Below, in pieces: positions 38,370-52,093 of a DNA stretch of 64,000 nt. The notes beneath the pieces were generated by a model. It had not been told where the DNA came from and did no database searches. It saw only the letters and a list, made by a program, of their open reading frames with translations. Positions within the stretch are counted from its first letter, which is position 1. Each line of letters begins with the position of its first letter. The position numbers and the translations under genes were made by a program. Origin of the DNA: Psilocybe cubensis (taxonomy: Eukaryota); contig CM038998.1 in the NCBI GenBank assembly GCA_017499595.2, positions 2,976,001-3,040,000 of the forward strand, read 5' to 3'.

Positions 38370-41300
38370 TCACCAGAATTCGTCGTCTGCGTCTCCCCCC
38401 TTCTTTTTCTTGCCTTTGGGTTGAGCCAATGCCTGTCTTTCGTACATCTCTGCGATCTAGGAAACGAGAAACGAGTTATAGCTCTGTTTGACCTGGGGTA
38501 TAAACATAGACTTGCCTGCTCCGGTCCAGTTGCATCATCGGCCGATTTATCATCCCGGATTCGGAGGTACCGTGGAAAGCGCAGAGATATACCTCGGTCT
38601 TCTACCTGTAAGATTGGGGTCATCAGTAAAACAGCGCAAGCATGAGGATAAACGGTGCTAATTTACTAGTCCTTGTGCAGCGGTATAGATCGGGCTCAGA
38701 CTCAGGTCAGCAGTCAAGACCTCCCATACAATCTTTGGTTCGAACCAGATATCAGGCTTTGCACCTCCCACTTTGATGTCGCCTCGGGGTTTCGTCGTTT
38801 CTAAGGGTTTGAGAGTATTGTAGTGAGTTTGCAGTACTTCTTCGCTAAATCCTGTCCCAATCTTGCAAATTGTTTGGTATTCTTCCGAGTCGCTATCATA
38901 GCAGGCAAGGAGGAAAGCACCATAAACGTTCGTCCGTTTACCTTTCCCATAGTAGCCTCCGACCACAACTAGGTCCAGTGAATCACCAACTCCCGCCAGA
39001 TAATCTTTCTTAAGCTGTAAATATCAAATTAGTCGAGATGGGATTTTACGCAATGTTAGAAATTACCTTGAGCCAGTTAACACTTCGTCTACTGGGTTCA
39101 TAGAAACTAGCATCGGTATCCAACATCTTGACCATAAGTCCTTCACAGCCATCCTTCACACTCTCTTCCAGAAAAGATTGAATCTCTTCAGTGGTTTCGC
39201 TGTCAGAAGATTTTGCAAAGCCAAATTCTCCGGGAACGACTACGAAATGCTCTCGCAGCAACTCACGACGCCTATACAAAGGTAATTGAAGTAGAGGCTA
39301 TGTAAGGTTAGGAAGCAGTCGGAACATTGCATGCTGTAGGTGGAACACATACCTCGCCGTTGAGGTATAATAGATCGAATGCAAACAGGGACACCTGGAC
39401 TGTAATATCTTCGACCTTGACGTCTTTGCGCTTTCTTCTGCTCAGTTCCTGGAAAGGCATGAGCTTGCCAGTTGTACGATCGATGGCAACTGCTTCAGCG
39501 TCGAACACGAAAGACTTAGTGGTTTCTTTTATGCACTAGAATAAATGAGCGAATGCACGGGAAAGCATTGAAAAAAGGATATACTTTTGGAAGTTGGTCT
39601 ACCAAATCAGGATATTTCTTGCTCATGTCTTCAGAGTTTCGACTAAACACTTTGACCGAACCATCTTCAAGCAAGTGCACCTATACACATGTGAGCTTAG
39701 CGTCAGCAGGTTTAATGTCTTTGAAGCGTCCACTGACCTGAGCTCTTTCGCCATCATATTTGTATTCGCAAGTAAATCTTTTGTTTTCAAATCGATCGAG
39801 TACTTCTCCAATGGCTTTTGTTGGTTTGGCCAGCATGGGTTTAAGGGGTACACCTGGCGTAAGTTTACATTTTTGTCGAAGGCCATCGATTCCAACTTCC
39901 AGAAGAGCAGGTATAACAAGATCATATGTTGGCAATTCACTACCCAGAGGAATCATTTAGTACCATTGTTGTGCAAGTTATGTCGGACATACCTATAAAC
40001 AGACTTCATTATATTTGCACTCTCTTCTAGTCGTGCAGCAAGCTGATCTTGACTCCATTTCTTGTTTGCTAAAGAAAGGCTATAGGTGTTGTTGTCAAGT
40101 CCCCCAGTAAATAGAGCTCACATCGTTCGCGTTCGGCCAACACCGCTGCTTGCGAAAGAGCAACCAGCACAGATCTTTCAGCGTTTCCAATCCGTAGCTT
40201 TCCTTCCAGACTTCGAACAATATATTTTGCTTCCACACCTTGACATGCAGCTAGCAGCTTTGTAATTATAGAAACTTTCTTGGCTTGTGACTAAAGGAAG
40301 GATCAATTCGCTTGCTTATCTGCATAACAGCCATGCTCTTACTGAATGTCCAGAGGATAAAGCAATTTCCTTCAAGTGCGAGAATACGAAAGGAATCGTT
40401 AGGGGTTTTGGCTTGAAGAGTGTCTTTTGACTGTTTTTTGAGTTCTAAATGGATTAGGATAAACTCCAGGTTGCACATTTTTAACACAGCTGTAAAATAC
40501 CATTGCAACCAACCCCAGATCACCCTCTTTCTTTAAATCTGCCTTGATGACGCTTAGACTTCGTCCAGTAGACTCCGCAATAGCTTTGATCAAGAGAGAC
40601 TCCCCAATACCGAGCTCGATACCCACGTAGTCTGGACATAACTTGAGGATACGAATGATGACGTTAGCTACAGTCTCCGACCCACAACGCGAAGGAAACG
40701 AACTCGATTGATACATAGGTAAACAGCTTGAAGCAGCGAGGCGTGGTCGCTTTTAGCACTTCTCTGGATAACTAACAAAAGGAACGAGGTAAGAATTGCA
40801 TTCTTCTCTAGGCGTTTTGTAGTGGCTTCAATCAAAGAAAATGCCTTGGAAAGAGCGGCATACGGAACACTATAACATCCGTTAATTCGGCGCATGTATA
40901 GCATTGAGCATATACGTACGGTTTTCCGACAGGCCAGCCACCTTCTATATCCACATCGTCCCGTTTTTGCAGGGCAACTTGCGCGCTTTGGGGGTTGTAA
41001 GTCTTTCATATCTTGCCGACGACGGCACAACTGACCTCTTTGTATTCACTGCCTTCTCAGTCGCGAGTCCCTCTTCATCCTCTTCTTCCTCCAGGTCCTC
41101 CGCCTCCTCTTCTCCTTGGTCTTCCTCGGAGCTGGATGATTCTGCATCATCAGGGGGTGACACTCCGTTGGTCGTCGTTCCAGAGAGCGTCAAAGCCTGT
41201 TCCTTGTCTCGCACCTTGCTGGACGGTAAAGAAAGGTCGGGAATAGGGGAAGAGGATTTTGTAGAGCCGTTCAAGGTGGGTTCGGGAGCTATACGCAAGT

Positions 41301-41859
41301 GCAATGAAGTGTTGACCAGTTAATGAACATGAATCATGACGTACAAGACCTTGGTGGTATATCATTAGGGTCCTCGTCGTCCGAGTCAATAATCCTGCGT
41401 TTCTTAATTTTAGGAGAGCCTGCAAGATGTCATTGAGAAATCGAGATTGCAATTGAGACCCAGTGACCAGCGACATACTGGCAATTGGAGTGCCACTTTC
41501 TTTCCGTTTCGAACTCTCAGCTGAAGACGGCAACAGTTAAGCAAACGCGTCTGCTAGCTTCAGTGGCTTCTCACCTTTCTCCTCTTTGGGAGTGTCCACG
41601 ACCATCGCGTCGGCCTCTGCTTTTGGCGCGTGGGGTTCGAGTTTAGAAAGGATAGGTTCCTTCTTCTTGCCCCACATTTCTTGCAGATTAGCTTGTTGGG
41701 GTGGCGCCGCTTTAGTGGATTTAGGCATATCGAAGAATTTACCTGCCATATCGTGAGTTTGGTTGGTCTGATGAGGTAAAATAACCGACCAAGAGTCTGC
41801 TGTCGGCCCATTTGTCTGAACGATGTTCGTGTCAGAAACGAAACGCGTAACGCAAACAT
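38370..41859 (-). CDS. CDC9: ATP-dependent DNA ligase I, multi-exon, two in-frame ATGs (41859 and 41811)
   Basis: PLKPMLAKP, active-site [34 protein letters not shown] and [15 protein letters not shown]-terminal PIP box QQTLGKFF after splicing. Confidence 0.96.
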
Positions 41860-42633
41860 ACGCAAATAGCGCGTCGCGCGCGCAGTTCATTTACAGATCA
41901 TGATCATAACATCACACCCAAATTCGATTAGTCAAAAGCCAGTCATGTACATTGCGTTTCTCTGGGCTTCTGACTCTTGTTGCTTGTTGGCCAGTCTGAA
42001 AGTTGATCATATGCAAGATTGTACCATTTGGTCGATAATTATTTGCCTGAATTCTCCTCATTTCTGAAATACTATTGGTATGTTATTACGGATGATTTGT
42101 GGAACTCGAATTACATAGGATTATAGGAATAATGGCGACTTATGTTCACTTACAGAACATGTTGAGATGTAGGTCGTGGTACTACCAACTACTTATTAGG
42201 CAATTATGCTCAGTAAAAGGGGTTCCCAGATCAAGCGATAGTGGCGAAAGCCAAAAAGACACCAATGAACAATACCTCACCAATTTTAAAAACGACATAA
42301 TATGTGATATTTCTTTGAATGGATTCGAATTCTGAAATGCAATGCAACAGATAAAGAAAGGTAAAAAAAATTATATTCGACACTCTCCAATCTAGTCCAA
42401 GACTTTATTTAACATCAGAGTAGGTCCGTGATGCGCAAAATGACAGACAACGAAACGTGTTAAGCGCTGTTGACTGAGGCTCAGCTACGCTCTGACTAAA
42501 TCGGCAAATTCCGGATTGGCTATACAGTTGATCAACGGTGGCTTCCGTGAGCCGTGTGGACCAAATAACTATCAACAAGTCGCCAAAAGTTCACCAGGCA
42601 GTCACCGCCCTCAACGCCCTCAAGACCGACACA

Positions 42634-43381
42634 ATGGCTGACATCCAAGTACGAATTGCTGTTCCTCTTTGTAGTGTCCGGTTGACTGAATAAATCCTTA
42701 TTTTTTAGATCGAAAAGGCGTACCAAAAGCAGGATATTTTCCTCAACACCAAATCTCGTGGTGGGTTTTGTAATTAGGGATAACGGTCGGACGCGCATCC
42801 TGATATTGGGCATAGGTGGCAAAAAGGTCTCCACCAAGGAGAAGCGCTGGTACAAGGATGTCGGCCTTGGATTCAAGACCCCATCGGAGGCTATCAACGG
42901 CACCTACGTTGGTGCGTGCTTCCCTTCTAGCATACAATCCCTTATTCAGTGTGCCCTTGATCAGACAAGAAATGCCCCTTCACTGGTGACATTTCAATTC
43001 GCGGCCGTATTCTTACAGGAAAGGTTGTTTCGACCAAAATGAACCGAACCATCATCATCCGTCGCGACTACCTCCACTACATCCCCAAATACAGTGCGTT
43101 GCAGACTCAAACTTAACACCAAATCATACACTTATTGTGATTGTATAGACCGTTACGAAAAGCGCCACAAGAACTTGGCCGCCCACTTGTCACCCGCTTT
43201 CCGTGTTGAGGTCGGTGATGTTGTCACTGTCGGTGCGTTTGTACAAATTCATTATGATCTGGTAAAATGTTGATCGTCCGTCCCATCAGGACAATGCCGA
43301 CCTCTATCCAAGACTGTTCGTTTCAACGTCCTCCGGGTGGCGAAGAACAAGGCTGCCACTAAGACTTTTGGCAAGTTCTAG
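42634..43381 (+). CDS. RPS11: 40S ribosomal protein S11 (uS17), 6 exons
   Basis: [51 protein letters not shown] and [15 protein letters not shown]. Confidence 0.97.
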
Positions 43382-43683
43382 ACGTATCAATAGCTGTATT
43401 ACTCTAGGAATCTATGTTTTTTGTGCTATGCCATACACTATGATTTAATGAAATTGAGAAGACCAAATAAGGACCAAACAATGATGGGAGTTGTGCTGGT
43501 GGAATTGGGCGGGATCAAGTCTACAGCTGTGCTTGTTCTCATTAAACCAACTAGGCGATTTACAAAACTCTTTCTCCTGTAACATCGTCCTCAGAATTAA
43601 AGCTGGCTCCTACTCTCTTATCCGTGTTCACCTCCCGACTGTCAAAATCGCGGCCTCAGTCCCCACAACCGCCTGGAGCATCC

Positions 43684-45331
43684 ATGGGCCAGCAGCCCTC
43701 AAAGAAGTCCAAGAAGGCCGGTAAAGACAAGGACAGAGAATCCCCAGCAGACGGCGCTACGAGCGAAGCCCACCACGACCCCAACGACGACAACACTCCT
43801 CAAAGTTCGATATCGCGCGCAACAGCCCCCTCAACGGCTCATAGTTCCGATTCAAGTTCACTTCCGAACGGAAACCCCTCTATCAATGTTTCTGATCCCG
43901 CAGGCTCTACAGTCCCCTCTTCAGCAACCAGTGCGAGGGCCCATGGTTCACCGTATCCACCGCAGGCCACAATTCCCAGTATCGAAACGGCACAGCTTTC
44001 GGAGTCTCTGCCGTCGCCACTACCGTCTCCAATGACCGCATCTTTGCCTTTAGATATCCCCGTCACCCAAACCATTCTTTCCAATGGCAATGCCCTTAGC
44101 CCGAGCTCAATGACTAGTAATGGCAATGCTCCGACCAGCGAATCTGTGGGAAATGGCGGTGCCAAGGACAGGTTGAAGCAATTCGATGTCGATGATATGA
44201 TTCAACGACTCCTCGATGTCGGCTACACAGGCAAAGTTAGTAAGTCGCTCTGCCTCAAGAACACGGAAATTACGGCGATATGTCTTGCTGCGCGAGATGT
44301 GTTCCTCAGCCAACCAACACTGGTCGAACTATCGCCTCCCGTCAAAATTGTCGGTGACGTGCACGGTCAATACTCAGACCTCATTCGTTTGTTTGAGATG
44401 TGTGGCTTCCCTCCCGCCGCCAACTACCTTTTCTTAGGCGACTATGTTGATCGCGGAAAACAGAGCCTCGAAACCATTTTGCTCCTCCTATGTTATAAGA
44501 TCAAGTATCCCGAAAACTTCTTCCTCCTCCGGGGTAATCATGAGTGTGCTAATGTCACACGAGGTGCGATTATGCGTTTCTTTCCCTTACATGTCCTAAT
44601 TGAACCACAGTTTATGGTTTCTACGACGAGTGCAAACGGCGGTGTAATATCAAGACATGGAAAACGTTTATAGACGTTTTCAATTGTCTCCCTATTGCTG
44701 CTATTGTCGCATCCAAGATATTTTGTGTTCATGGCGGTCTCTCGCCTTCTCTACATTCTATGGAAGATATCAAGCGCATCCAACGACCGACTGACGTGCC
44801 AGATTACGGGCTCCTCAATGATCTACTTTGGTCGGATCCTTCTGATACGGCATTGGACTGGGAAGACAATGAAAGAGGCGTTAGTTATTGCTTTGGCAAA
44901 GCTATCATTAATGAGTTTTTGGTGCGGTATGACATGGATCTCATATGTCGAGCCCATATGGTTGTAGAAGATGGGTACGAGTTTTGGAACGACCGTACTT
45001 TAGTGACAGTATTCAGTGCACCCAACTACTGTGGTGGTATGTTTTCCTGTCATATGCATCACCTGCTTCCAGGTCTGACTCACTCCCATCAGAATTTGAC
45101 AATTACGGTGCTTGTATGAGGTTAGCTACTTCTTTTTTCCTTTGTCTATGTCATTGCTGAGCGCATACCGCAGTGTTTCCGAGGATCTGCTCTGTGCTTT
45201 CGAGCTTCTCAAGCCTTTAGATGGTGCCGCACTGAGGAAGGAAATGACCAAAGCCAAGCGGAAAAGGTGAGCTCTTGTCTTTACAGCCTCGTGGTGAGCA
45301 GAAGGCTAACTGAACCAATAGTGTAGCGTAA
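43684..45331 (+). CDS. PPZ1: Fungal PP1-like Ser/Thr phosphatase Z, multi-exon
   Basis: MGQQPSK myristoylation-type start and Ser/Pro-rich N-terminus. [22 protein letters not shown] and fungal PPZ-type [20 protein letters not shown]. Confidence 0.92.
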
Positions 45332-46356
45332 TGACCACTGCCTGAATGCTCGTTGCCGTCGTTCCGAGGCTGTGTAAAGCATAGCGACACCTCGTCCGCG
45401 TGCTCCGACACGCTGGCGTGTGCTTTTATTGATCCGATGCAGTATTGCTCATAATAACTGCCCAACAGCCTCGTGGTCTGGGCTCCAGCGCAATTCTTGC
45501 ACCTGGATTTCCTTTATCTTATATCACCAAACGGCTTGCCACAGAAACGAAATATCCACCCGTGAAGTACCTTTTTTGCTCCAGATCGTTAATACACTCC
45601 CTATACCTCTCCAGCATTCATCACCCATCAAGCCGCCACTCTTTCCTTTGCTTTCAGCCTTTTCTTGCAACCATTCCACTGCAGCACGTACGTCACGGCC
45701 CAGTCCGACACATCAAAATGACTTGGACTCTGTAATCATATTTGTTTCCTCATTCTTTTCGCACTCCATATTGGGTATATCTTTTCTGTAGTACTGTCTT
45801 TTGAGATGACTGGTTTATTATAATTTCTGTTTGCCTTTCCTTTTCATGCTATCTAATGATTTCCCTTGTTCGTTTTCTTTCTGTGTTACGATCATTCTCT
45901 CCCCCTCTGTTCCTTTTTCCTTTCCGTCGCACCGTACGTACATACACAAGTACTTATGTCATTTCAAGCTTCTGGCCAATCATGAATCGTCCAAAGTGAT
46001 GAATTCGATCTGCATGGTCATCTTCGCTCAGAATCCTAAATATGGTTATCACATAACTATTTATATTCATGATACATTGACGAGATGTCCTCTAAACTGC
46101 GGGCATCCATTTTTATGCTCACCACCAGCAAGGTATAATGAGGCAATTATTTCGGGATGGAATCATTGTATTCCTAACGGCTATTTATTCGTAGATCTAT
46201 CCTTTTCTGACACGACAGCCCTTGATGTATATCCTAGTCGGTTGATACGTGGCTCATATCCGCCAACGCGCCGGTCGTCAGATCTATGTAGTGAAGGGGA
46301 AAGACAAAGCGACTAGCATCCTTCATAGGTGAATAAATTAGATACTTCAAGTTAGG

Positions 46357-47924
46357 TTATTGCCTCTTCGTAAACGTTTCGTAAGCGAGAACAGCGAAGG
46401 CTATGACTATCACCCCCGACCCGACGAAACTCCAGAAGGTGATGACTTCCATACCAGCGCCGAAGATGATCTGCAATACATTATTAAGATGGGTAAATTG
46501 AGATGACGGTACGCAATGATGGTGCTTACGTCGGATATCAGGACGAGGACGATAGTTAACAGGTTTCCGACAGAAACGATAATGGGACCCCATACGCCTA
46601 GAAGAATCTGGATGTATATGTTCAGTTGAATGATTACGTTCAAGTCAAAGATGTTGAACTGACCATAAAGCCAGCATTGAAAATGACGCCAGTGAATGCA
46701 ATACCGAAGATGGTCAGAACAGCCGTAGCATTAGGCGGTAGCCTGAACACCTCCGCGCCAGTCCAGTGCAGGAAAGGAATTGGGATCCACAGCACAAATG
46801 TGGTACACAAACCCATTAGCGAGGTCAACAAGTTCGGGTGAAGACCGAATGGAGGGGGATATACTGCGTCTTCCAAGTCGACATTTACATTACCATCGAT
46901 CGTATTAACTGTCTCGTCGTCGTCTGGGATCTGCTCGTAGGTGCGGTGAGACGCAACTTCAGGATCGGACGGAAGGGCGGCGTATATCTTGTACAGAACC
47001 TGATAGAGCCCATACGCAAAGGATGCCACGAGAGTGAGAAGATTGCCTAGCAGGGGTGCGGTGGGCTTGAGAGATATGCCGGCGAGGTTCCCAGCTGTAG
47101 GTTCTTTCTCTGGGGATGCCGTGCTGCCGCCGTAAACGACTGCAACTGTCCCCAATGTCGCGAGTAGGACTGCGAGAAGACGTCTGTATTCCCATTCTAG
47201 GTTGAACAGTTTGACGGTAATTAAATATGCGAAGAAGGCGTTTGTGTTCCATATAGCTGGAAGTATATCGTTGGACAGTGAACAATGGTTCGACTGGATG
47301 CTTGAAGCGACTTACCAGTGACATCGCTTACGCTGAGAAGTCGCAAGAAATAATCCGCTTAGCATAGGTTTTTGCATAAGAAAAGCTGGCAGTACTTACG
47401 ACGCTAACGAGACAGAAAGAAACCAAAGCAATGCTGGGACCGTAATCCCCAAGGTCAAGAAGAGAATGAGGCGCAGGAATTTTGCACGAGGAAATTTGAC
47501 GCCCGGGGTCTTCTGGTCCTGCGTGAGATGGTTCGTTATTGCGATGGCAAGGCCGTTGAGTAATGATACAGTAGAGTGGTTCGTGGTAGCGCGAAGATAC
47601 AGAAGATGCAAAGGGAAAATTATGGCGAACGATGAATGTACAAGATAGCTGCAATCGATGGAATCAGCGAAACATGGGGGGGAAGACATTTGAAATTTAT
47701 TGCCCGTACAAGATGAAGAAAGGCTGTCGATAGCCGAGATTCGTTTGCACATACTATTCATCAATTATCAGCACAATTTGAAGCGGACAAGAGGGTAAAG
47801 GGAGACTGACTTGCGTTAACTGACTCTCTATAACGAAGGCAAAAAGAGTGCAGATGAATAAAATGACGGCCCACCGACCGCCAAGATGCGGGGTGGCGAG
47901 AGCGTCTGGGGATCTAGTATGCAT
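46357..47924 (-). CDS. DMT/EamA-superfamily transporter (SLC35F/Thi74-like), multi-exon
   Basis: About 10 hydrophobic segments: FAFVIESQLTQ, YRQPFFIL, AIWNTNAFFAYLI, GNLLTLVASFAYGLYQVLYK, WGPIIVSVGNLLTIVLV. Confidence 0.8.
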
Positions 47925-48244
47925 TTACTGGGAGAGAATCATGCAGTCCGAGGAAGGATTAAATGTCCTGAGAGGTCTAAAGAGCGACAAGAGTGGTATA
48001 TGTGGCCTAGCCTCCGAAGCGAAGAAGACTGAAACTGAACCTGCAGTTGAACTGTCTGAGGCGAACGTTCACTGACAAGAAATGACAACTTTTGGTCCGG
48101 CGTTTGGTCCGAGAGGTTATTTGCGGACCGCAAAAATGAGTCACGTGATAATGAATATCTCTTTAGCGAGTTGAAAGGGACCCAAACCACCACGGTGGCG
48201 CCCGCGAAACAAAACTTTGCTTCAAACCCAATCCGTTTTCTTCA

Positions 48245-48584
48245 ATGCTACGCGCACTGCTCACTTCCAGCCGCCCGCTGGTCGCGCGTCTCCGCCTGGC
48301 CTCACTCCCAGCCACACACAAACCCCACCACCACCATCAGCATGTCGCCCCACTCGCCTCGCAAATACCAGCTCTCGCGCGAGGCATGAAAGTCCGGTCG
48401 TCCGTCAAAGTCATGTGCGATGGATGCAACATCGTTCGACGGAAGGGAAGGGTATACGTGGTGTGCTCGAAGAACCCCAAGCACAAGCAGGTGCGTTTTT
48501 TTTGCTACCCTTTTTTTCCGCTGGTCGGAATTACCCTTTGCTGGGGTGTGCTGACCTTTCGAGCGCCAACAGCGTCAAGGATAA
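48245..48584 (+). CDS. RTC6: Mitochondrial ribosomal protein bL36m, 2 exons
   Basis: Presequence followed by [38 protein letters not shown]. Intron 48491-48572. Confidence 0.95.
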
Positions 48585-48725
48585 AATTCTCGATTTTACA
48601 CTGCAGTCGTATTATCAGCATAACCTGTAACACCCCCGGCCAGAACTAGAAGACCATGATCACCACGTTTTATTTATTCACGTATCACAATTCCTCCACT
48701 AATGTTCTGCTACAATCTTTCCTTG

Positions 48726-49386
48726 TCACTTTCGGACCCACATTTGGAATTCGTATGTGACCCCATTTTCCTCCTGCACCCCTTCCGGCACCTCGAATCC
48801 TACCCACTCTTTCAACTCTGCATGCGCCGCCCGCGTCCATCTCGGGTCGTCCTTGACAAAGTCTGTCATGAACACATCGCAGTCGTCGAATGCGGGCGAC
48901 AGGATGCGAGTGAGCAGGACGCGGTCCACGCATGGCTCGGTTGGCGAGAGTGGGAGCCCAAGCGACTCTTCGTATAACGTAGACCCTCCTATGATGAATC
49001 CCCGGTGCAAGTGCGATGGATCCATCAACGCGCTTGCGGACTTGAGACTATCCTTGAGCACGGCCGTGTCTGGTGAAGCACCCCTACGCAAAAAAAAAAA
49101 AATAATTAGCGCGGATTTGAGTGTTGAGCAAAGATATATCGAACAGATCGTAACTCTGATTTCTGCTGACGACGACGTTTAGGCGCTTGGGGAGCGGCCT
49201 GTGTTTTTTGGGTATGCTCTCCCAGCACTTGCGTCCCATGATGACTAGGTTTTGCTGTCCTTCCGGTGCAGCCGTGGTAGCATCAGAGAAATATTTGAGT
49301 TCTTTGGGCAGCCTCCATGGGAGGCGTCCATTGAGGCCGATACCATGAGATTTGGTGGCTGCTACGATGATGGTAAAACGCGACAT
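48726..49386 (-). CDS. DFR1: Dihydrofolate reductase, 2 exons
   Basis: [52 protein letters not shown] and CDVF. Confidence 0.96.
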
Positions 49387-49601
49387 AAGGATTGATGTGA
49401 CTGATTGGACGGGGTTTGAATGCTAATCCGAAAGAAAATGGTAAACGAGAACGCGTTCGTAATTGATCCAACTCTTATAGATACATCAACAAGCAAATCG
49501 AAGTGCAACGACAACAGGACAAAGCATGCAGATTCGACCAATAATGAATACAAGATAATCCGAAAAAGATAGTAGTATGTCCAAAGAACGGTGACCGAAG
49601 G

Positions 49602-50377
49602 CTAGTTCCACTTTTTCCACTCTGATCCCGCAGGAGGTTTGACTTCGACTCTGGCCTTTTTGACCTCGTCCCAATTGGTGCTCAGCGTCGTACCTCCACT
49701 CTCCTGGTAACTCTTCAACATGGCGCGTTTGGTGTCTTCGTCGGCATCGCCGTAGATCTTTTGGAAGAAGGAGTTTAGGGTGCTGTCACCTCCGACATTG
49801 GGATCTTCGTCTGTCGTCTTCTCCTTTTCGGAGGAGAGGATCTCGGTGGTGATGCCCTCCCAGTTCTTTCTTGGTTTCCTCACGCCGACAGCTGGGGTAG
49901 ACGAGGAGCTCGCGACAGGCGCCGTAGCCAAAGCTAGATATAAACATATGAGACTCTATGACGCGATGACGAGAATGCAATTAGGGTTGCTCACGATCTG
50001 GGCTGTCTCCGACTAGGGTAGCCCACCGCCCCTGGACGCGTTTGACGAGGCGGACTTCGACTTTGACCTTGCCTACTGTAAAGTCGCTCTTATCGGGGTC
50101 AATCTGGCCCTTGAGAGGCTCGAGAACGAGGGATTTCTCGCCGTTTGTGTATGTGAACTGTGGGTGATTAGGGATATAATTTAATATGATGAAGAACGGA
50201 ATGGTGTACCTTTCTAGGCTCGAATTGGATAGAGACCTGGGCCGGGTCAGCGCCGCGGTCAAATATGGAGAGTGTGAGTTTCTCGTCGGTTTCGTAAAAT
50301 TCGTGTCTGTGGAAAGGGGCGTTAAGAGAGCAGCGAAGGGTTAGATAGATGGAGAGAACATACCTTAGAGTGGCCAT
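49602..50377 (-). CDS. SGT1: SGT1 co-chaperone (CS + SGS domains), 4 exons
   Basis: CS domain RHEFYETDEKLTLSIF...KVEVRLVK. SGS domain LNSFFQKIYGDADEDTKRAMLKSYQESGGTTLSTNWDEV...PPAGSEWKKW. Confidence 0.92.
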
Positions 50378-50669
50378 TGGAAAAGAAAGATGGTGGGTAG
50401 CGCTGAAAAGGACTATTTAAAGTAGATTTGTGACTCCTTTATTCCAGTACATTCGATGCTGGATTTAGTAGTAATAAAGGGTCACGTGGATGATAATGGG
50501 AGATTGTTGACATAGGGGCTTGGACTGGAGACTTTAATACCAGCTGGAATCAGAGAGCATCGGCTGTGGTGGGGGGGAGCCAAAGACGGACAAATACGTT
50601 ACTCCCCTCCACCACATCCACCGACGTCATCTGACCGTTCTTTCCGTCTTGCCCCTACAGTTGACTGCA

Positions 50670-51979
50670 ATGGCTCATCTTCCCAAGGCTGTACTCTACT
50701 ACTCTCCAGTCTCTGTCTGGTCTGCTGTCGGTGAGTGTGCAATTGTGTAGCAGACTGGTGATACTCAATGTCTATTTCAGTATTGTTGACTATGTAATAA
50801 AGGATCTTTGAGAGCAATCTACAAAGCACTGATGATGTTTGCAGCGATGAAAAGGGGTATGGACCAGACGAAATTGATTTTCGCTCGGTTGATCTCAGTC
50901 AGTTGCTTTGTGTTGTGTTTGGGTGCAGCTTGATGATTGATGGGCAACAGGCAAAGGAGAGAACTATGATCTTACGTTTCTTCGACTTAATCCCAAAGGT
51001 AGTGATCGATTTCCAGATGGTGACATTTACAACTGAAGATTGAGTGACAGCGACTGTGCCGGCCTTGCTCGTTCCATACGAAAATACACTCACTGATGCT
51101 GAAGAAAGCCGCTACAAGGCGCTGACTAGTACAAAGGTGAGAACAGCCAGGAGTGACGCAAGAAGGTGATTTAATCAAGATCAACGACAGGCGATTGTAG
51201 AGTTTTTGGACAAATCACGGTCGGCGTTGTCACGGACGCAAACAACATCGAGAGCGCCGGCGCCGTCACTGACACCTGCGACGATCGCGGCGACAAACTC
51301 GTGCAAAGTGATCATTGATGATATTCTGCACATCGAAGAGGCAAACCCGAACACGCTGCGCTACGTGAACGCGCGCGACGACGAGTCGCTGCGGGCGCTT
51401 GCAAAGGAGCTTGTGCCGTCGATGAAGCAGCGACAAAAGGTGCTGTTGGAACACCTGGCAGAGGCGGAGCAGGGGAGTGCGCGTGTGTCTGAAAAAGTGA
51501 AGAAGCTGTGGGCGGACAAGCTGGATGCGATCAACGTAATTCTGGCTGTGCTGGCTGATGCTGAAACGGCGGAGAGCGATCTTGGAGAAGAGGGGCGGGC
51601 GCAGCGACAGGCGTTTTACAAGACGGCGCGGCAGGCCTGGGAAACTAATCTGTCGCAGGTGATGACGCAGCTAAGCAAGGAGATGGTTGGGCCCTACACG
51701 CTTGGAGACCAGTTCTCGATCGCCGACTTGCATCTTGCAGGATGGCTCACCCGGGTGGCGAAGCTCGCTGGGGGACAGAGCAGCGACGACGGAGAGACGA
51801 TTGCGCGCAAGTTGGAGGGGCACATTGGCGGAGGCTTCCGGTTCGCGCGGGACTTTATCACCGAGCAGGCGCGACGGGAAAAGGCAGCAGTTGAGAAGGG
51901 GAGCAAGGTGGGCGCATTCTGGGACGCACTGAGGGAGCGGGCAAGCTGGAAGAAAGTATACAGAGAGGGGCTATTCTAG
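50670..51979 (+). CDS. Glutathione S-transferase-like protein, several short 5' exons
   Basis: AVLYYSPVSVWS, VDLSKGENYDLTFLRLNPKATVPAL (GST-N) and GPYTLGDQFSIADLHLAGWL (GST-C N-cap motif). Confidence 0.8.
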
Positions 51980-52093
51980 TATACTTAGACATATATGGCT
52001 GTGCTGGCGTAAATATAAACATAAACAGTGATCCGCACTTGGCAACTCACTACACTACACTTTTCTTTTTCCTATCCACCACCACCGCGCCGG

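Noticed and set aside
45340..46340. ORFs of 96-161 aa downstream of PPZ1
   Set aside because: Pyrimidine-rich 3' UTR-like sequence between convergent genes, with no motifs.
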